NCBI GenBank assembly: GCA_963841135.1
Contig: CAWJBJ010000005.1
Coordinates: 355,062 to 419,061, forward strand
DNA length: 64,000 bases
Source: an uncultured Chloroflexia bacterium
GTDB taxonomy: Bacteria > Chloroflexota > Limnocylindria > Limnocylindrales > CSP1-4
Direction: 5' to 3'
Part shown: one piece after another, positions 40,432 through 50,877 of the stretch
How positions within the stretch are numbered: position 1 is the first letter of the stretch
How the letters are laid out: the number at the start of each line of letters is the position of its first letter
Program-made: the position numbers and the translations under genes
The notes under the pieces: generated by a model
Seen by the model: the letters and a program-made list of their open reading frames with translations, nothing else
What the model was told of the DNA's origin: nothing
Database searches by the model: none

Positions 40432-41958
40432 TCAGTACGGTTGGCGGAACTCGATGGCCGGTGAACGCCACGTCGTCTTCGACTGGATGAAGCGGACGCG
40501 GAGGATGTAGGTGCCGGCCTTCAGGCTGCTGGCGAGGCCGAGCCTCAGGCGCACGGTGTGCTTGACGAGGCGGCCCGGAAGCAGCGTCTGCTTCTTGTAG
40601 ACGCCCGACTTGATGAGCTTTCCCGCCTGATCGCGGATGGTCCACTTCCAGGAGCCACGCTCGGGGACGGTCCCGGTCACGCGGGCCCTGACGCGCACGT
40701 TGGCGAAGACCGCGCCGGCGCTGCGGGCGATCGTCCCGACCTTGCCGCCGACCTTCACCGCGTGGACGGGCGCGTAGAACTTGTCGCGAAGGACGTTCCA
40801 CAGCGGGTCGTAGCCGCGGTCGTTGTCGAGGGTCCAGATGCCGACCCCGCCGAGCCCGCTCGTGAGCGCGTAGTCGTACTTCTCGCCCAGGCTGCGTTCG
40901 TCATCGAAGTAGACCTGGCGGTAGGTCTTGTACTTGGTCGACCAGTACGTGTAATAGGCGCTGCCCTCGAGCGCGTCGTAGCGCCGCTTCACCGTGGGAT
41001 GCGCCGCGAGGAAGGCCCGCGCGGTGGCGTACGTGACGCTCTTGACGGCACCGAACTTCTTCTTGTTCGTCTGCACGGCCGCGTTCGCGGCCTTGCTCGT
41101 GACCGGCCAGTTGTATCCGTAGTACGGGACGCCGAGGAGCACCTTGGCCGGCGGGGCCCACTGCAGGATCCGGGCCATGTGGATCTTCACGTTGCGACTG
41201 GCATGGTCGAGCGGCGCGACGGCGCCGGCGATCGACGAGCCCGAGTAGCGGTAGTTGTAGGTCATCACCATCTGGTAGTCGACCAGCGGGACGAGGCCCT
41301 TGATGATCCGCTCGCTCGCGCCGGCCGAGGTCGCGTTGACCAGGGTCGAGTCGGGGAACCGCTCCTTCATCGCCGCGCGGAACTTGGCCACGAACGGGAT
41401 GTAGTACTTGCCCAGCGGGTTGAGGGCGGGGACCCCTTCGAAGTCGAGGCCGGCGCCGTCGGCCTTGCGCTCGGCCATCAGGTCGAGCGCCTCGGCGATG
41501 AACCGGTCCTGGGCCGCGGGGCTCTTGAGGAACTTGGTCATCTTTGGGTAACCGGCGGCGGAGTCGAAGAGCTGGAAGGTCGGCACGACCCGCACGCCGC
41601 GATCGTGGGCGGCGTTGGTGACGGCCGCGGCCGGCTCGCCGACGTACTCCTTGTACCCGACCCAGTTGCGGTCGATGGCCCCGGTCGACTTGATGCCGAG
41701 TCCGAAGAACGCGATCGTCGAGACGAGGTCGTAGCGGATCCGGTCGACGGTCCCCGCATCGAGGCGCCAGTAGGGCAGGTAGCCGTAGACCTCGTGGCTG
41801 AGCGGCTTGATGCCGGTGACGCGTGGCCGGATCTCGGTCGCGGCACGGACCTGCACGACGCCTCCGACGAGTCCGGCGGATGGCAGGAGCGTGACCGCGA
41901 ATGCGGCGGCGAGCCAGAGGGGGGCGAGTCGGCGGAGCGGCGGTCGGGCGAATCGCAT
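40432..41958 (-). CDS. Secreted GH18-family glycoside hydrolase with C-terminal beta-rich domain
   Basis: Signal peptide ending VRA; EVYGYLPYW, ADGAGLDFE (catalytic motif variant), VMTYNY, VLLGVPYYG, GGVGIWTLDND. Confidence 0.85.
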   Translation of the reverse strand: MRFARPPLRRLAPLWLAAAFAVTLLPSAGLVGGVVQVRAATEIRPRVTGIKPLSHEVYGYLPYWRLDAGTVDRIRYDLVSTIAFFGLGIKSTGAIDRNWVGYKEYVGEPAAAVTNAAHDRGVRVVPTFQLFDSAAGYPKMTKFLKSPAAQDRFIAEALDLMAERKADGAGLDFEGVPALNPLGKYYIPFVAKFRAAMKERFPDSTLVNATSAGASERIIKGLVPLVDYQMVMTYNYRYSGSSIAGAVAPLDHASRNVKIHMARILQWAPPAKVLLGVPYYGYNWPVTSKAANAAVQTNKKKFGAVKSVTYATARAFLAAHPTVKRRYDALEGSAYYTYWSTKYKTYRQVYFDDERSLGEKYDYALTSGLGGVGIWTLDNDRGYDPLWNVLRDKFYAPVHAVKVGGKVGTIARSAGAVFANVRVRARVTGTVPERGSWKWTIRDQAGKLIKSGVYKKQTLLPGRLVKHTVRLRLGLASSLKAGTYILRVRFIQSKTTWRSPAIEFRQPY

Positions 41959-42035
41959 CTGCGAAGGAAACTCCCTTCGAGCGCGGATGTCCATCCGACG
42001 TTCGTCCCGGGCCGCGACCGGACGGCCTGTCAGAC

Positions 42036-42051
42036 TAGAACAGATGTTCTA
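42036..42051. promoter_or_regulatory. LexA (SOS) box upstream of dnaE2
   Basis: TAGAACAGATGTTCTA, identical to the imuA box, followed by a TATACT -10 (42050-55). Confidence 0.85.
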
Positions 42052-42096
42052 TACTGACCAGCCCCCAGTCAGCCGGCCCATCGAGCGGAGCGACCC

Positions 42097-45000
42097 GTGG
42101 CACCCACCCCGTACGCCGAACTCCACTGCCACACCAACTTCTCGTTCCTCGATGGCGCCTCGCCCGCGGACGACCTGGTCGAGCGGGCCGTCGAGCTGGG
42201 GCTGACCGGGCTGGCCGTCACCGACCATGCGCGGGCTGTACGGCGCGGTCCGCTTCGTCGGGGCGGCCGAGGCGGTCGGCCTGCACCCGGTCATCGGGCT
42301 GGAGATCGAGCTGCTCGACCCGGCCGTCGCGGATCCGGGCAGGATCGTCGTCGCGCCGCGCCGGGCACGGCGCCGGCCGCGCCGGCGCGAGGATGGGACG
42401 TCGCCGCTTGCCGATCCGGTGGCGGAGGGCGTGCCGACGCGGCCGCGGCCGGAGCGGATGCGGCTGCCCGGTCATCGCGAGCCGGTCAAGGAGGACCTGC
42501 GCGGGATCGGCGAGCGCGGCCGCGGGACCGCATCTCGTGCTGCTCGCCCGGTCCGCGATCGGGTGGCGGAGCCTGTGCCGGCTGATCTCGCGGGCGAACA
42601 TGGCCGGGACCAAGGGCGTGCCGCGGTTCAGCCAGGCGCTCCTGGCCGAGCATACGGAGGGCCTCGTCGCCCTGTCCGGCTGTCGCGACGGGGAGCTCGC
42701 GCGCCGCCTGCGGGTGGGCGACCGGCCGGGCGCGCGCGCCGTCGCGGAGCGGTACGCGATCGATCTTCGGGCGGGGCGAGGCGGCAGCGACCAGCGGCTT
42801 CTTCATCGAGCTCTCGCACCACCTGCTCGCCGACGACGACTGGCTCGTCGCCGAGGCCGTGGCGCTCGCGGACGAGCTCGGCCTGCCGGTCGTCGTCACC
42901 AACGACGTCCACTACGCCCGGCCCGAGGACCGCGAGCTGGCCGACGTCCTGACCGCCATCCGCCACGGCCGGACCCTCGACACGCTCGGCGACCTGCGCC
43001 GCCCGGACGGCGAATCGTTCCTGAAGTCCGGGCGAGGAGCTGGCGGCGATGCCGCCGGGCGTCGGGGAGGGGCGGACGGCCCGGGCGTGGGCGGAGGGGA
43101 TCGCGACGTCGGTGGAGCTCGCGGCGTCGTGCTCGGTCGATCTCGGGTTCGAGCAGTACCGCTTCCCGGGCTTCCCGGTCCCGGACGGGGAGACGCCGTT
43201 CTCGTATCTCGTCGGAGCTGTGCTAGGCCGGCGCCCGGAGGCGCTATCACCCGCTGACCTCGGCCGTCGTCAAGCGGCTCGCCCACGAGCTCGATGTGAT
43301 CGAGCGGGCCGGGCTCGCCGAGTTCTTCCTGATCTGCTGGGACCTGATGCGATTCGCCAGGGAGCAGGGGATCCCGGCCCAGGGTCGGGGCAGCGCGGCG
43401 AGCTCGATCGTCGCCTACACCCTCGGGATCAGCCGGGTCGAGCCGATCGGCCACAACCTCCTGTTCGAGCGGTTCATCAACGAGGGCCGGACGACCTACC
43501 CCGACGTCGACATCGACTTCAGCTCGGCGCGGCGGGAGGAGGTCATCCAGTACGTCTACAACCGCTACGGACCGGAGCACACCGGGATGGTCTGCAACCT
43601 CGTCACCTACCGGGCGCGCTCGGCGGTGCGCGAGGTGGGCTATGCGCTGGGGTTCCCGCGGCCGCTCGTGGACCGGGTGGCGAAGGCGCTCGAGACGTAC
43701 GACAGCGTGATGGTCCGACGCGACCTCGAGGCCGACGGCGGGTTCGCCGAGTTCTTCCGACGGACGGGAGAGGAACTCCCCGTCGAGGCCGCGCGGCCGA
43801 GGCCGCCGAGGCGCTTGGCCTGGTCGACGGGATGGGCCAGCTGAACACGCGGATCCCGCTCGTCGGGAAGGTGCCGCCCTGGCGCCAGCCACCGGAGCCG
43901 GAGGACCCGAACGCACCGCGACCGTTCGCATGGCTCAGGGACGATGAACACACCGCCGAGCAGACCGCCGAGCAGGCGGAGGCGGCAACGCCGGTCGGCG
44001 CCGTCCGGCGCGGCGGTGGGGCAATACTCCCGGACCAGCTGGCGCCACGGACCGCGCTTCGCGGCGGCGGCAGGACGGACGACGAGGGGGGTCCCGGGGA
44101 CACGCCCGCGAGCGTCGCCTGGCTGCGAGCGGGGAAGGGGACGGGCTACGCCGCGGAGCGCGACCGGCTCGTCCCGCCGGCGATGGTGGCCGGCCGGCTG
44201 ATCGATCCGGAGAGCGGCCAGGCTCGAGCCGCCGCCGCGACGGACCGACAAGCTGGGACGGCCGAACCACTGGGATCCACCTGCCCCGTCGACGTCGACG
44301 ATGGGTCGTGGCGGGTCAGCGGGCCACTCGTCGGTCGCCCGCGTGGAGCCGGAGCCGCCGCCCGCAGGCCCGCGGCGGCTCGACGGTCGGGATGAGCGAC
44401 TGGGAGCGCTGGCTGGAGTTCTGTGCCCGGATCGACGGCTTCCCCCGCCACCTCAGCATCCACTCGGGCGGCATGCTCGTGACGGCCGCGCCGCTCATCG
44501 ACATCGCGCCGATCGAGCGGGCCACGATGGTCGATCGGGTCGTCGTCCAGTTCGACAAGCGCGACGTCGAGACGTTGAAGCTCATCAAGCTCGACCTGCT
44601 GGGACTCGGGATGCTGGCCGCGATGGACGAGACGCTCCAGCTCATCGAGCACGACTGCGCGGTGTGCCTCGACCTGGACCGCCTGCCCGAGGACGTCCCG
44701 GAGGTGTTCGAGATGCTCCAGGCGGCCGACACCGTGGGCGTCTTCCAGGTCGAGAGCCGGGCGCAGATGCAGACCCTCCCGAAGTCGCGGCCGCAGAACC
44801 TCGACGACCTGGTCGTGGAGGTGGCGATCATCCGGCCGGGTCCGATCCAGGGCAATGCCGTCCACCCCTTCCTGCGCCGGAAGCAGGGCCTGGAGCCGGT
44901 GACGTACCTCCATCCCAGCCTCGAGCCGGTCCTCAACGACTCGATGGGCGTGATCCTCTACCAGGAGCAGGTCATGCGCGTCGCCATCGAGGTCGCAGGC

Positions 45001-46335
45001 TTCAGCCCGGCCGAATCGGACGGGTTCCGGCGGGCGATGGGCACGTGGCGCTCCAGCCACGAGATGGAGAAGCTCCATCGCCAGTTCGTCGAGGGCGCCA
45101 TGCGCCAGCCCGGGATGGAGGAGGCGACCGCCGAGGAGCTGTTCCGCCAGGTCGCCGCCTTCGCCAGCTTCGGGTTCGCCAAGTCGCATGCGGCGGCGTT
45201 CGCCCGGACGGCCTACGAATCGGCCTTCCTCAAGCTCTTCTATCCGGCCCAGTTCCTGGTCGGGCTCATCAACGCCCAGCCGATGGGCTTCTACCCGGTG
45301 GAGGTCCTCGTCAACGACGCGAAGCGCCACGGCGTCTCGGTGCTGCCCGTGGACATCAACGCGTCCTCGTACAAGACCACGACCGAGTGGGTGGGACGGC
45401 ACGGCGAGCCGTTGCCCGAGGGGACCGGCATCGAGGCGCGACCGGAGCCGATCCGCTCGCCGGCCTGCGTCGTCCCGGCCGCGGCCGCGCGCGATCGCTG
45501 GACGCCCGAGCTCACCGCCGGATGGGGCGTCCGGCTGGGCCTCCACCTGGTCAAGGGGATCGGCGAGCAGCACGAGGCGCCCCTCGACGGGGAGCTGGCA
45601 CGCGGCCCGTACGGGTCGCTGGTCGATGTCGTCGAACGGACCGGGCTGCCCGAGGAGGTGCTGGAGCGGCTCATCCGGACCGGTGGCCTGGACTCGCTCG
45701 GGCGGCCCCGTCGCGAGCTGTTGTGGCAACTCCGCGAGGTGGCCGGGGCGTCACGCGGTCGGGTCGACGGACAGGCGCTGCGCGCCCTGGGCCGGGCAGC
45801 CGGCAAGCGTGGCGCGGCCGCCGGCCGGCCGCTGGACCTGCGATTGCCCGCCACCGAGGCGCCCGAGCTGCCGCCGCTGACCGAATCGGAGCGGATCGGC
45901 GATGCCTACGCGGTGATCGGGCTCGACGCGAAGCGCCAGGTCGTGGGGCTGTTCCGCGGCGCGCTCGACCGGCTGGGCGCGGTGACCAACGGGGCGCTCG
46001 CGGAACGCCGGCCGGGGCCGGTCCGCATCGGTGGCCTGGTCGTGACCCGCCAGCATCCGATGACCGCGAAGGGGACCGTCTTCCTCGCGATGGAGGACGA
46101 GACCGGGATGGCCAACGTCACGCTCTGGCCCGACACCTGGGCACGGCTGCGGTCGGTGGTGCGCCGGCACGCGCTCCTGCTCGTCGACGGGGAGCTGCAA
46201 CGCGAGGGCTCGGTCGTGAACGTGATCGCGCACCATGTCCAGCCACTCCCCGAGGTGGCCGCCGCGGCCGGTGGCCCGGAACGCCCGGACGGCGTCCGTC
46301 AGACCGGCTATGCCGGCATGCGTCGTCTCGGCTGA
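42097..46335 (+). CDS. dnaE2: Error-prone DNA polymerase III alpha subunit DnaE2/ImuC (frameshifts in 5' half; large insertions)
   Basis: [78 protein letters not shown]. Confidence 0.92.
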
Positions 46336-46360
46336 CGTCTCACCCGTTTCGACGGCGCGG

Positions 46361-47152
46361 TCAGCGGGTCTTCGCTGTCCCCGAGGACCGGGATCGACCC
46401 GCACCGCTCCCGCCGCGGCGTGGCGCCTGCCGGCCGCGGTTGGGGTTCGAGAGCTGGAGGAACCGTCGGTACCAGGCCGCCCCTGCGGCGAACAGGGCCC
46501 CCGCAACGGTCGAGGTGACGAACCACTGAACGATGGTCACCGGGTACAGATTCGCGGGGATCGTCGCGTCGACTGGCGTCGGTGTGGCGCCGATGATCGT
46601 CGCGATCGACTGGTTGTAGACGCCGCTGACCAGGAGGATCGTGAACAACAGCGACGCCAGGATGCCCAGCACGACGCCGATGAGCCAGCTGGATCGCGGC
46701 GCGAGGAACCCTCCGATGAACACGGCGGCGATCGGCGGCGCCCAGAGGAAGTACTGCATCAGGAGATACGAGAACTGGTTCGGCGTCGCCGCGAACAGGA
46801 CTGCCGCGATCAGCGTGAGGAGAGCCGGAACCCAGACCGCCTTGTGCGTCACAAGACCCGGGAAGGTCGCGAGATCGTCGCGGACGTTCAGCGGGTGGAT
46901 CGACTGGCGAAACGCCGCCCGGATCCCGATGCGACCGGTCTGGACGGGCTGCGTCGTCTGCTTCCCGGCAGAGGGTCGTCCTCGCCCGGCTTGCGACGGG
47001 GGAGCGGCCTCTTCGGCTTCGGTCCCCTCGTCGTCCAGGCCGTCGGGGCCGGCCAACTCGGCGCGATAGCGTCGTCGCGCCTCGGCGCGATCGGTCCTCT
47101 TGGCGCGGGCCACGGTCTCTCCTGTGAACTCGGCGTCGGCGGTGCGGCCCAT
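46361..47152 (-). CDS. Hypothetical membrane protein (about 4 TM, charged termini)
   Basis: Clean 263-aa ORF with hydrophobic segments and Arg-rich ends. Confidence 0.7.
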   Translation of the reverse strand: MGRTADAEFTGETVARAKRTDRAEARRRYRAELAGPDGLDDEGTEAEEAAPPSQAGRGRPSAGKQTTQPVQTGRIGIRAAFRQSIHPLNVRDDLATFPGLVTHKAVWVPALLTLIAAVLFAATPNQFSYLLMQYFLWAPPIAAVFIGGFLAPRSSWLIGVVLGILASLLFTILLVSGVYNQSIATIIGATPTPVDATIPANLYPVTIVQWFVTSTVAGALFAAGAAWYRRFLQLSNPNRGRQAPRRGGSGAGRSRSSGTAKTR

Positions 47153-47283
47153 CGTAGTCGATAGCTGCCCGGTGAGCGGCCGGTGAGGGTGGAGTGAGCG
47201 CGTGGTGAGTCGGCGTGAAGGACGGCCTGCTACAACGGGTCTCTCGCCATGCGTGCCGCCCGAGTCCCGCCGGGAGGTCAGTC

Positions 47284-50200
47284 ATGGATCGTGCCCGGTC
47301 GGGACGCATCGCGTCGGCCCTCGTCGTGCTCATGGTGGGAGCGTTGTCGGCAGCCGCCGTGCCGTTCGCGGCCGCCGCGGCCGTGGCCTGGCCCACCTCG
47401 AGGCTCGTCGTCAGCGAGCTCCAGACCGGTGGCGCCTCCGCGTCCGACGAGTTCGTCGAGGTCGCCAACCAGGGACCCGGGCCGGTCGATCTCAACGGCC
47501 TCGAGGTGGTCTATGCGACCTCCTCCGGATCCACTGTCACGCGCAAGGCGACCTGGACGACGCCGACGATCCTCGAGTCGGGACGGCGGGTCCTGCTCGC
47601 CAACGCCGCGGGCTTGCATGCCGCGTCCGCCGACCTGACCTACACCGGCGGCTTCGCCGCGACGGGCGGGGCCCTGGCAGTGCGGCCCGTGGGTGGCACA
47701 CCGATCGATGCGGTCGGATGGGGCGACGCGGCGAGCGGGTTCGTCGAAGGGACCAGCGCCCTCGCGCCGCCGGCGGGGTCGAGCCTGGAGCGCGCGCCTG
47801 GTGGCCCGGCCGGCAACGGCTGGGACACGAATGACAACGCACTCGACTGGTTCGTCCAGGCGGCACCGACGCCGCAGGGGCTTGGTGCAGCGCCGGTCCC
47901 GGCGCCCGGGCCGACGCCCACGGTCGAACCCACGCCCACGCCCACGGCTGTCCCGACGCCCACGCCGACCGCCGTGCCCACCGCGTCCCCGACCGAGACG
48001 CCGGGGCCGACTGTGTCGACGCCGGGCCCGACGGCCACGCCCGCGCCGACCGCCACGCCGAGCCCGACACCGATCCCAGCTGCGATCTCGGTCGCGGCCG
48101 CCCGTGCCCTGCCGGATGACGCCGAGGCAACGATCGAGGGCACGCTCACGACGGCGCTCGGCGCGCTCGAGGCGGGGCGCACGGCGTTCGTCCAGGACAC
48201 GACCGGCGGGATCGGCGTGTACCTCGACACCGCGGTCGTGTCGGCCGTGCCTGCCGGCACGACGGTGCGCATCGCCGGGACCCTCGGCACGCGGTTCGCG
48301 CAGCGCGTCCTCCGTGCCGATGAGGCCGACGTCGTCGCCGGTCCGATCGCCGAGCTCCCGAGCGCGACCTCGGTGGCGACCGGCTCGGCCGGCGAATCCC
48401 ACGAAGGCTCGCTCGTCACGATCAGCGGCACCGTCGATGCGGCGCCCGATGCCCTGAGCGATGGGCTCGGCCTTACGGTCGATGACGGCAGCGGCCCGGT
48501 CCGGGCCGTGATCAGTCCGGCGGCGCTCGGCGCTCTGAGCCCGGTCTCCGGCGACATCGTCACCGTCCGTGGGCCGCTCGGCCAGCGTGACAGCTCCGGG
48601 ACGGGGATCGGGGGCTACCGCGTGCACGCGACGCTCGACGGTGACTTCACGATCGAGACGCCGCCGCCGAGCCCGTCGCCCTCTCCGACCCCGACCGCGA
48701 CACCGCGCCCGACGACCAGTCCGCCGCCGAGCGCCGGCCCGACTCCGACGCCTCCACCCGGCACGAGTCCCTCCCCGCCACCGAGCGCAACCCCGACCGC
48801 GACCGCGAACCCGCCCTCGCTGGCGGCGATCCGCTCCCACGCAGTCGGGACCGTGGTCACGGCACGAGGGGTGGTGACCGCCGAGGCCGGACGCACGGGC
48901 ACGCCGCTGCTCCTCACGATCGGGGACGCGACCGCGGGCATCGCCGTCCGTCTCCCGACCGGAACCGTCGCGCCGGCGCGCAGGACCGTCATCGTGGTCC
49001 ATGGCCCGCTCGCGGCTCCGTACGGGCAGCTGGAGATCCGCCCGGCCGCTGACGGCATCTCGACCGACGGCGCGGACGTGCTGCCGACCCCGGTCGTCCT
49101 GGGCTCGCCCGGTCTCGGTGAGGACACCGATGGGCGACTGCTCGTCGTCACTGGTCGACTCGCGACCAGGCCGAGCAAGGCGGCCAGCGGCGACCTCAGC
49201 CTGGTGCTCGAGCGGCCGGGCATGTCCTCCGTCAAGGTGATGACCGATTCATCGAGCGGCGTGACGCTCGACGCGTTCCAGGTCGGTGCGACCTACCAGG
49301 TCATCGGCATCGGCGGCCAGCGTGCCACGAGGGCCGGCGCGCTCGACGGCTACCGGCTGTGGGCGCGCGACGCGGCCGACCTCGTTCGCACCGCGGGCCC
49401 CGATCCGGGCCCGAGCGGCACGCCCGGCTCGAGTCACTCGCCGAAGCCGTCCGGCTCGCACTCGCCGACTCCGAAGCCGACCGCCAGCCTTCCGACGACC
49501 ACGATCGCCAAGGCCCGCGGCCTGATCGACCGCACGGTCGCCATCGTCGGCATCGTGACGGCGCCGGTCACGCTGCTCGATGGGTCCGGGCGGCTCATCG
49601 TCGTCCAGGACGCGACCGGCGGCGATCGAGATCCGCCTGCCGGAGAAGAGCGCGCCCGCCGTCGGATCACGGGTCCGCGTCGAGGGCAAGGTCGGTCGTG
49701 CCTACGGCGCCCCGCGCATCTCGGCCGACGCCGTCAAGCGGCTGGGTTCGTCGCCGGTGCCGGCGCCGATGACCCTCTATGCGTCGCCCAAGGAGAGCCA
49801 TGAGTGGCGCCTCGTCGTCGTGCGCGGCCGCATCGACACGGTCCACAAGCTCGGCGACCGCTGGCGGGCAGAGCTCGTCGTGGGCGGCGACCGCGTCGTG
49901 GTCGTGGGGCAGTCCGGTGCCCGGATCCCGGTCGGATCGGTGGTGAGCGGGCGTCTTGCCACCGTGACCGGGATCGTCCGCCGGCCGTATCCATCGGCCA
50001 CGGACCGCCGGTTCTCGATCTTGCCCCGTGGGCGCGGCGATCTGCGCGTGGACTCGTCCGGTTCGGCCGGGGCAGCCTCGAAGCCCGCGAGCGGCGCCGG
50101 CTCGACCAAGCCGGGCGCCGTTCCGGGTCGCCCCGGGACCGTCGCGAACGGCGCCGGGAGTGCGCTCGCCACGGCCCCGGATGCGAACCTCGCCGATCTC

Positions 50201-50797
50201 GCGACGCTCGCCGGGCGGACCGTCCGGGTGGGCGGGCTCGTCGGCGACCTGGTGCCGGGCGGGTTCCTGCTCGACGACGGCACCGCGACGGGCCCGATCA
50301 GCCTCGACGGCGCCGCCGCCGACCTCCTGCCGCTCATCGCGCCGGGCGATGCGATCAACGTCGTCGGTCGCGTGGAGTCGACGGACCGCGGCTGGACCGT
50401 CATCGTCACGGATCCCGCCGGCGTCGCCCTTGCCGGAGACCCGATCGCCCCCGACCCCACCGGTGGCCCCGACACGTCGCCGGCGGCAGCGTCCGACGCC
50501 GGTGCGAACGGCGACACCACCTCCGCAGGCCTGGGTGACCTGCCCGGTCTGGACGCGGGTCTCGCGGGCCTGGGGACGGTCGTCCTCGTGACCGTCGCAT
50601 CGCTGGCCGTCACGGTCCTCCGGCGGCGGCATCTGCAAGGTCGACTGGCCACCCGGATGGCCTCGCGACTGGCCACGTTCGTCGGCGGTCAGGCCGGATC
50701 GGAGGGCCCAGCAGCGGCCGCGCCGGGGACCGGCCGGGGAGGCCCGCCGTCGTCACGCACGGCCACGCACGATCCACGCACGATCGACTCCGCTTGA
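47284..50797 (+). CDS. Large cell-surface protein: signal peptide, lamin-tail domain, about 7 OB-fold-like repeats, Pro/Thr linkers, C-terminal TM anchor (one frameshift near 49620)
   Basis: RBS GGGAGG; LVVSELQTGGASASDEFVEVAN (LTD); repeated units such as TIEGTLT..FVQDTTGGIGVY and TVAIVGIVT..VVQDAT..IEIRL; TM AGLAGLGTVVLVTVASLAVTVL followed by RRR. Confidence 0.8.
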
Positions 50798-50810
50798 CGC
50801 TCGTGAGAGC

Positions 50811-50877
50811 GCAGGACTATCCTCGGCCGAGTTTCGCGCTTGCGGAACAGCAAACTGAGCGTGAGGATAGGTCTTGC
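50811..50877 (+). promoter_or_regulatory. Candidate structured 5' leader sequestering the udp RBS and start codon
   Basis: GCAGGACTATCCTC (50811-24) pairs with GAGGATA-G-GTCTTGC (50863-77), enclosing CGCGCT/AGCGTG and TTGC/GCAA inner helices. Confidence 0.45.

Noticed and set aside
43760-44390. Intein in DnaE2
   Set aside because: No Cys/Ser-start block, no His-Asn end and no LAGLIDADG motif; the insert is low-complexity.
47900-48800. CRISPR array or noncoding tandem repeat
   Set aside because: The repeats are coding Pro/Thr linkers without constant repeat-spacer periodicity; no cas genes in the window.
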